Source: Bacteroidales bacterium
Lineage (GTDB): Bacteria; Bacteroidota; Bacteroidia; Bacteroidales; ML635J-15
Direction of reading: 5' to 3'
DNA: 64,000 nucleotides
Assembly (NCBI GenBank): GCA_017994175.1
Contig: JAGOLH010000004.1
Coordinates: 7,650 to 71,649, forward strand
Made by a program: the position numbers and the translations under genes. Below are positions 54,416-64,000 of this stretch, piece after piece (position 1 is the first letter of the stretch; each line of letters opens with the position of its first letter). The notes under the pieces are model-generated. The model did not search any database. It worked only from the letters and a program-made list of their open reading frames with translations, and was not told the origin of the DNA.

Positions 54416-55528
54416 ATGAAACCGCCCTTTTTCTTTGTCATGCACATTTTGTCTGGAGCAATGCTTTTGTTGATGAGTGCATCAATATTGCAGGCTCAGC
54501 ATATTTCGGTTTATAGCGATTACCTTGACAAAGTGTATGTTTTCGACAGCGGGAACCACAGGCAGATAGAGCATTTGCCCCTGAAATCATACAAAATAGG
54601 GAACAATGCCATGGCCTATGAGGATAATACCGGGAATTTCAAGGTTTTCTACAATAACTATCTCTTCAGTGTAAGTGCTTTTGCAACGGAATATCAGGTT
54701 ACCGATAATCTGGTTGTTCTCCGAATGAATACACAGTTAAAAGTTTTCGATAATGGTCAGATAAAAAACCTGAGTTCCAACATTAGCGGTTTTGCTGCCG
54801 GTGATGATGTAATTGTATTTTTTGATGACCTGAAACATAAACTGATTGCCTATTATAACTCACAATTCTTTGAACTAGACGACGCCCTGAATCTTGATTC
54901 ATTAAGCAATTTCAAGTGCGGCGAAAACACCATAGTATTTTGCGACAGTAAAAACAATTTTTACCTCTTCTACGATGAAAAGATTATACCCATTGCTAAT
55001 TGTGAGCGAATTAAATCGGTAGAAGCCGGCCGTGATATTGTGGCATTTGTTGAAGAACCCATTAACAGTTTTCAAATTTATTATAACGATGAAATTATTG
55101 AATTAGAATCATTTGAGCCATTATCATACCATTGTGGCGATAATCTTTTGGCTTATGTTGATGCTGATAATTATCTGAAAGTTTTCGCAAATGGTGAACT
55201 GTTTACAATCAGTTTCGATACACCCAATTTCTATGAAGTAACCGATGAATTGGTGGTTTTTTCGGTACAGAACGACTTTAAAGTGTTTTATCGTGAGAAA
55301 TCTTATACACTTGAAAATGTAGTCCCGGAGCGATTCATCGCAAATAACGACATGGTGGCTTACATCGATGTGCATGGATATTTAAAGGTGTTTCAAAATG
55401 GCGTGACCAAAACAATTTCTTACGAAAAAATTGATGATTTTGAGATATCAGGAAACTGTGTAAGATATTCGTTTGGGGTTCAATCGCAAAATATATACTG
55501 GAACGGGAATACCTACTCAAATAACTAA
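54416..55528 (+). CDS. secreted repeat protein of unknown function (~10 x ~35-aa repeats)
   Basis: 370 aa with a signal peptide (LLLMSASILQA). Recurrent units such as AYEDNTGNFKVFYNN, LRMNTQLKVFDNGQ, AYVDADNYLKVFANGE, FSVQNDFKVFYREK, AYIDVHGYLKVFQNG. Confidence 0.5.
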   Translation: MKPPFFFVMHILSGAMLLLMSASILQAQHISVYSDYLDKVYVFDSGNHRQIEHLPLKSYKIGNNAMAYEDNTGNFKVFYNNYLFSVSAFATEYQVTDNLVVLRMNTQLKVFDNGQIKNLSSNISGFAAGDDVIVFFDDLKHKLIAYYNSQFFELDDALNLDSLSNFKCGENTIVFCDSKNNFYLFYDEKIIPIANCERIKSVEAGRDIVAFVEEPINSFQIYYNDEIIELESFEPLSYHCGDNLLAYVDADNYLKVFANGELFTISFDTPNFYEVTDELVVFSVQNDFKVFYREKSYTLENVVPERFIANNDMVAYIDVHGYLKVFQNGVTKTISYEKIDDFEISGNCVRYSFGVQSQNIYWNGNTYSNN

Positions 55529-55536
55529 TATTATCC

Positions 55537-56454
55537 GTGGCAGCGGATCACCTGACAAACGATACAATTAAAAAAGCTGCCCATATGCTGGGGTTCGATG
55601 GCTGTGGCATTTCATCGGCATTTGTTCCTGATTCTATTAAGGTAAAATACGAAAAAGCGATTTCCTTACCCGGCTATCAAGCATTGGAATATATCCGGAA
55701 GAATTTGCGGCTTCGGTTCGCTCCAGATTTGTTGGTGGAAAACGCTCTGTCGGTGATTTCTCTTTTTGCGTATTATTCTTTTATTCCTGATTCGAAAAAA
55801 AACGTACATATAGCCCGCTATGCCCACTCATCGGATTACCATCTGGTGTTAAAAAACCAAGCATATAAACTTCTGAAAAAGCTGCAAGAATACGACAACA
55901 GTGTTGAAGGCAGAGTTTTTGTTGATAGTGGCCCGGTTATGGAAAAGCATTTTGCAGTGTTGTCGGGAATTGGGTTTCAAGGGAAAAACACTTGTATTAT
56001 TCATCCCCGCTTGGGTTCATTTGGATTTTTGTGCGAAATTCTGATTAACAAAAAAGTGGAATACGACACACCTGTTCCCTACTCATGCGGTGATTGTTCG
56101 TTATGTGTTGATGCGTGCCCGACCAGTGCCTTAAGAGATTACCAGCTTAATCCGGAGAAATGTATCTCATTTCATACCATCGAAAACAAGCAATCTGTTC
56201 CGGAAGAAATAAGAGCCAGGGCTCCACAGCTTTGGTTTGGCTGTGATATTTGTCAGGAAGTATGCCCGTACAACAAAATACAAATGGATTCAAGGTTTTT
56301 TATCCCTGAGAATGCTGTTCAAGACCTGAGTTACGATGAACTGGTAAATATGAATGAAGAGAACTTTAAGGAGTGTTTTAGCAAGACACCTCTAGGAAGG
56401 GCAGGGCTTAAGAAATTAAGAAATAGCGCTGGAATTAAAGATAAAGATATCTGA
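55537..56454 (+). CDS. queG: tRNA epoxyqueuosine(34) reductase
   Basis: 305 aa, GTG start. Two ferredoxin-type motifs, CGDCSLCVDACP and CDICQEVCPYN. Confidence 0.85.
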   Translation: MAADHLTNDTIKKAAHMLGFDGCGISSAFVPDSIKVKYEKAISLPGYQALEYIRKNLRLRFAPDLLVENALSVISLFAYYSFIPDSKKNVHIARYAHSSDYHLVLKNQAYKLLKKLQEYDNSVEGRVFVDSGPVMEKHFAVLSGIGFQGKNTCIIHPRLGSFGFLCEILINKKVEYDTPVPYSCGDCSLCVDACPTSALRDYQLNPEKCISFHTIENKQSVPEEIRARAPQLWFGCDICQEVCPYNKIQMDSRFFIPENAVQDLSYDELVNMNEENFKECFSKTPLGRAGLKKLRNSAGIKDKDI

Positions 56455-56532
56455 ATACCATCACATCCTGATACAATTGTTAATTATGGTACAAAACATA
56501 TCGGAACATTAGGATTGTTTCATCAATAATCA

Positions 56533-56540
56533 TATTTTTG
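56533..56540 (+). promoter_or_regulatory. candidate -7 box (TATTTTTG) for ilvE
   Basis: TAnnTTTG match 27 nt upstream of the ATG at 56568. It overlaps the TTG at 56538, which favours the downstream ATG start. Confidence 0.3.
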
Positions 56541-56567
56541 GATTTGTTAACCGAAAAACTTAATACT

Positions 56568-57587
56568 ATGGTAGAATTAAACTGGTCGCAACTACCTTTC
56601 GGGTATGTAAAAACCAATATCAACGTAAGGGCGTATTTCAAAAATGGTGCATGGAGTAAGCCCGAAATAACCGATTCGGAGTTCCTGAATATTCATATGG
56701 CTGCAACTGCCCTGCACTACGGTCAGGAAGCGTTTGAAGGAATGAAAGCCTATATGGGCAAAGATGGTAAAATACGGTTGTTTCGTTGGGAAGAAAACTG
56801 GAGGCGTCTGCAGAATTCAGCAGATGGTATTCTGATGGAACCTGTACCGAAGGATTTGTTTTTCGAGATGGTAAAAACAGCAGTTTTACGGAACAAAGAA
56901 TTCGTACCACCTTATGGGACAGGAGCCACATTGTATATTAGACCATTGCTCTTTGGAAGCGGTGTGCGAGTTGGTGTTAAACCGGCTGATGAATATATGT
57001 TTCTTATTTTTGTAACACCGGTTGGTCCGTATTTTAAAGAAGGCTTTAACCCGATTAAAATAGCCATTGTCCGCGACTCCGACAGGGCTGCTCCATTAGG
57101 GACAGGAACCTTTAAAGTCGGTGGGAATTATGCTGCAAGTCTTAAAGGCGGAGAACGTGTTCATAAGGCCGGTTATGGCTCGCCGATGTACCTCGATGCC
57201 AAAGAGAAAAAATACATCGATGAAATTGGTGCTGCCAATTTCTTTGGGATTAAAAACAACACATACATTACTCCCAGCAGTACTTCGATTCTGCCTTCAA
57301 TAACGAACAAGAGCCTGATTCAGCTCGCAGAACATCTTGGTTATAAAACCGAGCGCCGTCCGGTTCCTGAAGAGGAACTTAACAGCTTCGAAGAAGTGGG
57401 CGCATGCGGTACTGCAGCTGTTATTTCACCTATTGGAGAAATTAATGATCTTGATTCAGGACATGTATATAAATTTTGCAAAGACGGAAAACCGGGACCG
57501 ATTTCAACAAAACTATATGAGACCCTGGTAGGAATCCAGTTTGGCGATATTCCCGATCCATTTGGTTGGATAACCTATCTTGACTAG
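56568..57587 (+). CDS. ilvE: branched-chain amino acid aminotransferase
   Basis: Motifs EAFEGMKAY, GTGATLYIRP, FKVGGNYAASL. Confidence 0.88.
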   Translation: MVELNWSQLPFGYVKTNINVRAYFKNGAWSKPEITDSEFLNIHMAATALHYGQEAFEGMKAYMGKDGKIRLFRWEENWRRLQNSADGILMEPVPKDLFFEMVKTAVLRNKEFVPPYGTGATLYIRPLLFGSGVRVGVKPADEYMFLIFVTPVGPYFKEGFNPIKIAIVRDSDRAAPLGTGTFKVGGNYAASLKGGERVHKAGYGSPMYLDAKEKKYIDEIGAANFFGIKNNTYITPSSTSILPSITNKSLIQLAEHLGYKTERRPVPEEELNSFEEVGACGTAAVISPIGEINDLDSGHVYKFCKDGKPGPISTKLYETLVGIQFGDIPDPFGWITYLD

Positions 57588-57659
57588 ATTTTCAGTACCA
57601 TATAAAATGCAACTCAAGAGTTGCATTTTAAGTTTTGTATATCTCGATGCCCAGTGAGC

Positions 57660-58511
57660 ATGACCAGAAAACAAATTCACAAAGACCTGACCCATAAGCT
57701 CGCAGGACTGTACCCTGTGCAAGAAGCAGATGCTATTGCCTGTATTTGCCTTCAATATGCAGGTGGATTTGATACCTTGCAATACCATCTGAATATTGAT
57801 AAAGCCCCTGATCACAATGAGCTCAGTACGATTGAGGCCTGCACCCGACGACTACTAGCCTACGAACCAATACAATACATCACCGGGCACACCTGGTTTT
57901 ATGGGTTCAAGTTTCATGTTAATCCGGCTGTGCTGATTCCACGACAAGAAACGGAATTACTGGTTGACATTATTATAAAAGAAAATCTGACGAAACAACC
58001 GCAGCAGATTTTGGACATTGGGACGGGTTCTGGTTGTATTGCTATTAGCCTTGCAGTCCAACTAAGTGAAAGCAATGTTACAGCAATCGATATTTCGCTT
58101 GAAGCTATTGCAGTTGCAAAAATGAATGCTGAGTTAAATAAGGCCCATGTTGAGTTTAATGTTTCAGATATTCTCGATGAAAATTGCATTATTTCGCAAC
58201 CCTATGATATAATTGTAAGCAATCCTCCCTATGTACTTCGATCGGAAGTAGTTCATATGCTTAATAATGTAACGGAGTATGAGCCTCACTCAGCGTTATT
58301 TGTCGATGACAATAATGCGCTTTGTTATTACGAAAGCATACTTCAAAAATCAAGGAGTTGCCTTAAGCAAAAAGGCTGTATCTATTTTGAATTTAACGAG
58401 ACTAAAACACTTGAGATGAAAGCATTACTATCAAAATATCAATTTGATAATATGCAATTTTATGAAGATTTCCAAAAAAAGTGTAGATTTGTGCGCGTAA
58501 TTAAAAACTAA
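57660..58511 (+). CDS. prmC: release-factor glutamine N5-methyltransferase
   Basis: SAM motif DIGTGSGCIAISLA and catalytic IVSNPPYV. The ATG at 57660 is preferred over the TTG at 57621. Confidence 0.85.
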   Translation: MTRKQIHKDLTHKLAGLYPVQEADAIACICLQYAGGFDTLQYHLNIDKAPDHNELSTIEACTRRLLAYEPIQYITGHTWFYGFKFHVNPAVLIPRQETELLVDIIIKENLTKQPQQILDIGTGSGCIAISLAVQLSESNVTAIDISLEAIAVAKMNAELNKAHVEFNVSDILDENCIISQPYDIIVSNPPYVLRSEVVHMLNNVTEYEPHSALFVDDNNALCYYESILQKSRSCLKQKGCIYFEFNETKTLEMKALLSKYQFDNMQFYEDFQKKCRFVRVIKN

Positions 58512-58515
58512 TATT

Positions 58516-59208
58516 ATGAAATCGAAAATCTTTTTCTTTTTTGTTATAGTAATAAGCGCTGGCATGTTTTTCACATCATGCGAAACAGAAGACTCAACCG
58601 ATGTAAATCAGGATCGCATTTATGCGTACTATGAGCTATTCTATAGTGCTGATCAGGATGTTACCTTTGCACGGGCATCGTTCCGTTTCGGCGGAATAAC
58701 CGGAACACTACTTGAGCTTACCAGTCCGGCATATGTAAAATTCAACGACAATTACATGACTTATAAACCAGCGTTGGCCTATTATGAGGCTTCCTTTCCC
58801 GGGCTTGTTGCCGAGGGTGATTTTACATATTATGACCTTGATAGCAACATCTTTGTAAACCATGCGGTAATGCATGCCATCGACCTTGAAGAAACGCTCG
58901 ATACTATTGTTAGAGGTCATGTATATGAGCTTAGTTTTACTGGAGACTCGTTGCGCTGGAATGAGATAGCAACGGCATTTATTAACAGTTCGCTTGGCAC
59001 TGATTTGCAAACTTTCCTACAATCTGAATTGTTGTCGAAAAGCATTATAATGCCCTCCGAAAGAACGCTCTCAATGACTCAGGGGGTAAATACTGTATAT
59101 GTAAAGCGTAACTACACCAATCAAGTTGAAGAAGCAACCACTGTAGGAGCCGAAATCCATTCCATATGGCAATCGCATTCTCGTCAGGTGTATGTTGATG
59201 TTGAATAG
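58516..59208 (+). CDS. hypothetical lipoprotein
   Basis: 230 aa with lipobox-like GMFFTSC. No recognisable family. Confidence 0.45.
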   Translation: MKSKIFFFFVIVISAGMFFTSCETEDSTDVNQDRIYAYYELFYSADQDVTFARASFRFGGITGTLLELTSPAYVKFNDNYMTYKPALAYYEASFPGLVAEGDFTYYDLDSNIFVNHAVMHAIDLEETLDTIVRGHVYELSFTGDSLRWNEIATAFINSSLGTDLQTFLQSELLSKSIIMPSERTLSMTQGVNTVYVKRNYTNQVEEATTVGAEIHSIWQSHSRQVYVDVE

Positions 59209-59215
59209 TAAGGAT

Positions 59216-60979
59216 CTATTCCACCAGCAACTTTTCTGAAAAAACGACTTTACCATCAGAATTTTTCATCTCAATTATATACATACCTTTGGAATATTGT
59301 GAGATATTCAGCAGGGTACCTGACTGAATAATTCTGTATTCAAGTTGCCTTCCAACAAGATCGAAAATCTTCAGATATAAGCTTTCCATAGCATCATCCC
59401 AGGTTATTAAAAACTCCTCGTGAGCAGGATTCGGGAAAAGCTTAACAGAGATTTCAAGCTCGTTCGTAAGCTTTTCGTAAGTGACAGGCTCTGTGCGACC
59501 CTGTCTTGTGTTATCGCCTTTGTAACAACCAACGGTATACCAAGGGTCAAAATATGGAAAAAATCCCAAATTTTCAATTGAGGTCATTTCAATAACATTG
59601 ATATATGTAGAGTCGGAGCAACCCATTATAACCATATCAAGCATACCATCTCCATTTACATCACCCAGATTAATACCGTTCATAAAAGTCTTTCCCCTAA
59701 CTTTTACCGGTAATCCATTTAACTCTGTAAATACCGGACCATTACAATTATATATGTGAAGAAATCCATTCTCATTTTCGTCAAAACAGTTTGATCCGGT
59801 AAAAAGGAAATTACTATAACCGTTATAACTCATGAAACCCTCCAATCCGTCGTATCGAACTACATTAATTTCCGGGAATTCGGCTTGCTGAACCGAATTG
59901 CACATATTAAAAATACATGAATCGCCATTTTCGTAATCTCCCAAAGGCTGGCTTACCAATTCATACCACATTGTATTTTGTCCCCCAAAAGCCATCGGAG
60001 TCGAATAAGTCCACATCATATCGTCGGTATTCCAATGCAGCATCGATACTTCGGCAGAAGTATAAATAATTTTATAGTATCCGGGGTTGTCGCCATGGTT
60101 GGCTCCGATAATTTCGACAGGATAATAATCTTCAAAAGGCGCAGAACGGTAATCAACAATAATAGGTGACTGATAGCTGAATTTCATTCCGGGCAGTGAC
60201 CATGGGAAAGGGTCAATATTGTTGCCCTGCAAATCGAAAAGGTACAAAGAATCGGTGCTGCATACAAGGATATCGGGGTTGCCATCCAAATTCACATCGG
60301 CAACACTTGGAGTAACGGCAGGGCGGTGAGGCAGATTCTTTGGCCAGTCTTCCGAAAAATTACTGCCATCGTGATTATATATGTGAACCCTGTTTCGCTG
60401 AGCCGCAGGTTGAGAAGTATTAAACTCACAGGCTATTATTTCCATAGTCTGGTCACCATCAAGGTCAACCAAAACAGGAGCACAAATATACCAGCACGAT
60501 GCTACACTCTGTGGCCATCCAGTCTTGATATTACCCTGATTATCAAACACATAAACATGCCCATTATATGGCACTCCACCGGTTACAATCACAATATCCA
60601 TTTCGCCATCATTATCAATGTCGGCAGTTGAAGCCGGGTAAATCGCGGTGCCGTCGAGTTTTACGGACCATAAACGAGAGCCATCGCCATGTAGCACATA
60701 AAGCGAATCGTTGATACCGGCTATAATTTCATGCCCCGGAACATCATCAAGATATTCAAGTGTTAATCCCCTGAAATTCTGAAAAGAAGGATTCCTGACA
60801 AACCCTTTTGGCCACCCAGATAACTGGGGCAAAGTGTCACCCGATTTAGAAAGATTATCGAGGTATGGCACTTCAAAATTATCTATTATACCCATATCAT
60901 TCATATATGATTGGTACACCTGTGCCATTGAGCTAAGGCAAAGAAGCAGCATTACTTGTATTCCCAGAAAGCTTTTCAT
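59216..60979 (-). CDS. FG-GAP/VCBS-repeat protein with type-A T9SS CTD
   Basis: Signal peptide from the ATG at 60979 (MKSFLGIQVMLLLCLSSMAQ). Ca-binding-like loops DIDNDGEMDIV, VDLDGDQTMEI, DVNLDGNPDIL, DVNGDGMLDMV. C-terminus VKLFPNPAHEEFLITW...GMYIIEM. Confidence 0.75.
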   Translation of the reverse strand: MKSFLGIQVMLLLCLSSMAQVYQSYMNDMGIIDNFEVPYLDNLSKSGDTLPQLSGWPKGFVRNPSFQNFRGLTLEYLDDVPGHEIIAGINDSLYVLHGDGSRLWSVKLDGTAIYPASTADIDNDGEMDIVIVTGGVPYNGHVYVFDNQGNIKTGWPQSVASCWYICAPVLVDLDGDQTMEIIACEFNTSQPAAQRNRVHIYNHDGSNFSEDWPKNLPHRPAVTPSVADVNLDGNPDILVCSTDSLYLFDLQGNNIDPFPWSLPGMKFSYQSPIIVDYRSAPFEDYYPVEIIGANHGDNPGYYKIIYTSAEVSMLHWNTDDMMWTYSTPMAFGGQNTMWYELVSQPLGDYENGDSCIFNMCNSVQQAEFPEINVVRYDGLEGFMSYNGYSNFLFTGSNCFDENENGFLHIYNCNGPVFTELNGLPVKVRGKTFMNGINLGDVNGDGMLDMVIMGCSDSTYINVIEMTSIENLGFFPYFDPWYTVGCYKGDNTRQGRTEPVTYEKLTNELEISVKLFPNPAHEEFLITWDDAMESLYLKIFDLVGRQLEYRIIQSGTLLNISQYSKGMYIIEMKNSDGKVVFSEKLLVE

Positions 60980-61112
60980 TTTATAAAACTTTACATGATA
61001 AAATAGTGAGGACAAAGCAAATTTAGAAAAAAACAGAGCTATCTGAAGCCTAAAAGAACGTTTTTTATTGTTTTCTTCTTTAATTTGTAAATCAATTTTT
61101 TGAATTGGCACC

Positions 61113-62534
61113 ATGATTTCCGACCTAATTATATTAATTGTTTGCCTGACCGGCTATGCCTATGCATTCCGGGTTCAACAGAAAAACAGGCATTTACTTG
61201 CATTATCAATGCTTGTGCTGCTCGGGATGATTCTGCGCACTTACCTCAGTCTTGATTTGTTTCTCCACCCCTGGGACGAGCGTTATCATGCACTCGTTGC
61301 AAAAAACATGCTTCAAAGCCCCTTCAGTCCGATGTTATATAACGACCCCATTATGCCATTCGATTACCGCGACTGGAGCGCAAACCATATATGGTTGCAT
61401 AAACAACCTCTTCCTCTTTGGTTAATGTCGGTTGGAGTTTGGCTGTTCGGGAACACAGAATTTGCAATTAGGGTTCCGTCAATTCTGTTTTCTGGTGTTG
61501 GCATTGCATTTATGTACTTGCTTGCAAGGGAACTTTATGATAAGAAAGTAGCTTTTTTATCGGCTTTTTTATTTTCGATACATGGTCTGATTCTCGAAAT
61601 CACAGCTGGGAGAGTTGCTACCGATCATGTGGATCTGTTTTTTCTGGTTTTTGTTCTGGCTGCAGTCTATTTTTCGGTGAAATCTTATAAAACCGGAAAA
61701 CTTTCGTACAGTATTTTTTGTGGATTTTCTATAGGTTTGGCCATATTATGCAAATGGCTTCCTGCACTGATTGTATTCGGAATATGGGGTATTTTGGTTT
61801 TCAAAAAATGGCCGTTTTGGAAAATGCTCGGGCACTTGTCGGTTATGCTATTAATTACAACTGTTGTAGCACTGCCATGGCAGATATACATACACTTGCG
61901 CTACCCGGCTGAGGCATTATGGGAAAATGGCTTCAATGTAAAACATATAACCGAAGTGCTCGATGGCAACGGTGGCCCGTTATATTATCATTTCGACAAA
62001 CTACGAATGATATACGGAGAGTTGATTTACCTGCCTATATTATGGCTCACCTATAAAATTATTCGACGTAAAAGAAACCGGACAGATATCGCAGTTTTTC
62101 TGTGGTTCTTAATTCCGTTTGTGTTTTTTTCGATTCCTAAAACAAAAATGCAGGCATATACATTGTTTGCGGCTCCGGCAATTTTTCTGATTCAGTCCTT
62201 GTTTATGGTTTACCTGTTTCGCTATCGCAAGGTGCTCAAACCCAAAATCCTGACTTACACAATGTTGTTTCTGCTCATGGCTTTGCCTGTTCGTTACAGC
62301 GCTGAAAGAATGAAATTCTTTACAGCCTATGAACGACAACCCCAATGGGCTTCAGACATAAAAGCAATTAGGGATTCTATTCCGAAAAATACGGGTAAGT
62401 TGTTGATATTCAACGCTTCTCATCCAATAGAAACCATGTTTTATATCGATTGTATTGCCTATGATTTTGTACCCGACAGCACACGGATTAACGACATCAA
62501 GGCTCAGGGTTACACAGTGAAAATACTGAATTAA
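61113..62534 (+). CDS. GT39/ArnT-like (PMT_2) membrane glycosyltransferase
   Basis: 473 aa, polytopic. First-loop motif HPWDERYHALVAKNM. Confidence 0.7.
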   Translation: MISDLIILIVCLTGYAYAFRVQQKNRHLLALSMLVLLGMILRTYLSLDLFLHPWDERYHALVAKNMLQSPFSPMLYNDPIMPFDYRDWSANHIWLHKQPLPLWLMSVGVWLFGNTEFAIRVPSILFSGVGIAFMYLLARELYDKKVAFLSAFLFSIHGLILEITAGRVATDHVDLFFLVFVLAAVYFSVKSYKTGKLSYSIFCGFSIGLAILCKWLPALIVFGIWGILVFKKWPFWKMLGHLSVMLLITTVVALPWQIYIHLRYPAEALWENGFNVKHITEVLDGNGGPLYYHFDKLRMIYGELIYLPILWLTYKIIRRKRNRTDIAVFLWFLIPFVFFSIPKTKMQAYTLFAAPAIFLIQSLFMVYLFRYRKVLKPKILTYTMLFLLMALPVRYSAERMKFFTAYERQPQWASDIKAIRDSIPKNTGKLLIFNASHPIETMFYIDCIAYDFVPDSTRINDIKAQGYTVKILN

Positions 62535-63274
62535 TGCAACAGTGCTTTTAGCAGATGCGATCCGGTGCGGCTCGATTTCACGCTTAAACCGTTTTTCATT
62601 TTAATAATGTGGGTTTCTTTTGTATATGGTTCAATGCTATCGATGTAGCTTAACGAAATAATAAACGATCTGTGAACTCGCAAAAACTCCTTTTCAGGGA
62701 GTTTTGCTTCATAAAACTTAAGTGACTCATTTTTAATAAATTGTTCATCACCAGTATGAATAATCACGTAATCGTCGGCAGCTTCGATGCACACAATCTG
62801 ATGTAAAGAAAGAATTTTGATTTTATTTCCTGACTTCACAACAATCCTGTCTATATAACTCAGTTCGTTTTTATAAGAATCAACCAGTGTATTAAACTGT
62901 AAATTATCGGGTTTTGCAGCGGCTATTCTCACCCTAATTTTAATAAGAGCCTCACTAAACCTGTTCGGAGTAAATGGTTTAAGTAAATAATCGACGGCAT
63001 TACATTCAAAAGCTTTAATAGCATATTGATCGTATGCAGTAACAAAAAGTATAATTGGCTTTTCATCCAAAAGCTCGAGCATTTCGAAGCCGGTAAGTTT
63101 CGGCATTTGTATATCCAGAAAAACCACAATGGGCTTCAGGTCTTGTATCATCTTAAACCCATCGAAACCATTTGAAGCTTCGCCAATAACATAAAAATCT
63201 TTGTGGTCGTTCAGAAATTCTTTAATAATGCTACGTGCAGGGGTCTCATCATCAATAATTATACATGGTATCAT
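62531..63274 (-). CDS. LytTR-family response regulator
   Basis: Receiver domain (IIIDDE, FLDIQMPKLTGFE) plus a LytTR DNA-binding domain (FLRVHRSFIISLSYI). Confidence 0.88.
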   Translation of the reverse strand: MIPCIIIDDETPARSIIKEFLNDHKDFYVIGEASNGFDGFKMIQDLKPIVVFLDIQMPKLTGFEMLELLDEKPIILFVTAYDQYAIKAFECNAVDYLLKPFTPNRFSEALIKIRVRIAAAKPDNLQFNTLVDSYKNELSYIDRIVVKSGNKIKILSLHQIVCIEAADDYVIIHTGDEQFIKNESLKFYEAKLPEKEFLRVHRSFIISLSYIDSIEPYTKETHIIKMKNGLSVKSSRTGSHLLKALLH

Positions 63275-64000
63275 GGTGCTATGTTTTTAGGAATATGAAT
63301 TTCAACAACAAACTTATCGGGCTTTCTGATAATGGTAACCAGATTGGGATGGCCATAAGTGATTTCGAGTCTTTGCATTACGTTTTTAAGGCCAATCCCC
63401 TCCCCTTTTCTTGGAATGGACTCCTCGTCGTAATTGTTTTCAATAATTAACTTAACAAAATCATCATGATCGGACAGATGTGTTGCAATGGTAACAGGAG
63501 TCCTGCTTTCGTAAACTCCATGTTTAACGGCATTTTCGTACAAAGGTTGCAATATCATTGAAGGAACAAGCAGGTGTGAGATACTGCGATCAATATTTTC
63601 CACAATCAGTAGTTTTTCTCCAAATCGAACCTGCTCAATTTCAAGATATTTCCGGCAATGGATCAATTCGTCGTCGATGCTGGATAGTTTTGATTGATTT
63701 TTAAGACTATATCTGAAATAATCGGATAATACAGAAAGCATTTCGCGGGCTTTAGTGCTGTCGGTGCTTACCAGATACGAAATTGAGTTTAAACTATTGA
63801 ATAAGAAATGTGGGTTTATTTGCGACTTCAATGTTTGAAGTTGTGCTTCCTTAAGTTCGTTCTCCAGTTGCAGTAAATCGGTTTTTGCCTGCCGGTTTAC
63901 TTCCGACGTCCTCATCAAATAATAAATCAGAGCCATAACCACATAATAGAAAAGTCCTTGCAGGAACTTAAACTGAAGCCAAGCAGGAGAGTCTAATGTT
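63271..64000 (-). CDS. LytS/YehU-type sensor histidine kinase; N-terminal part lies outside the window
   Basis: Motifs QINPHFLFNSLNSI (His_kinase), LYENAVKHG, GEGIGLKNV. I checked that the frame stays open upstream of the GTG at 63942 to the window edge (...TLDSPAWLQFKFLQGLFYYV). Confidence 0.85.
   Translation of the reverse strand, partial: TLDSPAWLQFKFLQGLFYYVVMALIYYLMRTSEVNRQAKTDLLQLENELKEAQLQTLKSQINPHFLFNSLNSISYLVSTDSTKAREMLSVLSDYFRYSLKNQSKLSSIDDELIHCRKYLEIEQVRFGEKLLIVENIDRSISHLLVPSMILQPLYENAVKHGVYESRTPVTIATHLSDHDDFVKLIIENNYDEESIPRKGEGIGLKNVMQRLEITYGHPNLVTIIRKPDKFVVEIHIPKNIAP

Noticed and set aside
1-64000. A search for tRNA, rRNA, CRISPR repeats, IS/transposase, integrase, phage, toxin-antitoxin or restriction-modification genes.
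   Set aside because: None was recognisable. Every intergenic gap is under 200 bp, and no ORF shows DDE, tyrosine-recombinase or nuclease-methylase hallmarks. This was inspection by eye only, so small ncRNAs cannot be excluded.

Overview
This 64-kb segment is almost entirely coding, with about 42 protein genes. I found no rRNA, tRNA, CRISPR array, transposase/integrase or obvious prophage genes. The gene content points to a Bacteroidota (FCB-group) chromosome, probably from an anaerobe. Supporting signs are a fused lpxC-fabZ inside an HD-lpxD-lpxC/fabZ-lpxA block, TAnnTTTG-type promoter boxes, six secreted proteins with type IX secretion (T9SS) C-terminal sorting domains, hydF, and a futalosine-type radical-SAM gene. 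Housekeeping genes recognised with confidence are leuS, nadB, lpxD, lpxC-fabZ, lpxA, thiL, queG, ilvE and prmC. Accessory and surface functions fill the rest. (i) At 1.7-20.8 kb, two tandem Wzz-like genes and a Wzy_C/O-antigen-ligase-like gene precede a 1,376-aa and a 3,794-aa T9SS cargo protein. The larger protein carries 30 tandem ~76-aa two-cysteine repeats, 8 SprB-type repeats and a type-B sorting domain. (ii) An ECF sigma/anti-sigma pair. (iii) A C10 (streptopain-like) protease with two CUB-like modules. (iv) A 1,226-aa periplasmic propeller/Y_Y_Y sensor fused to a class III adenylate cyclase and an HD domain. (v) A lone hydF. (vi) A tight four-gene operon of secreted proteins and lipoproteins (transglutaminase-like, TPR plus CsgG/LpoB-like, LPP20-like) with no known function. 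I consider this operon the best candidate for an undescribed envelope system. (vii) A translationally coupled beta-helix / CotH-kinase-LTD secreted pair. All family assignments come from motif recognition by eye; no database or HMM search was possible.
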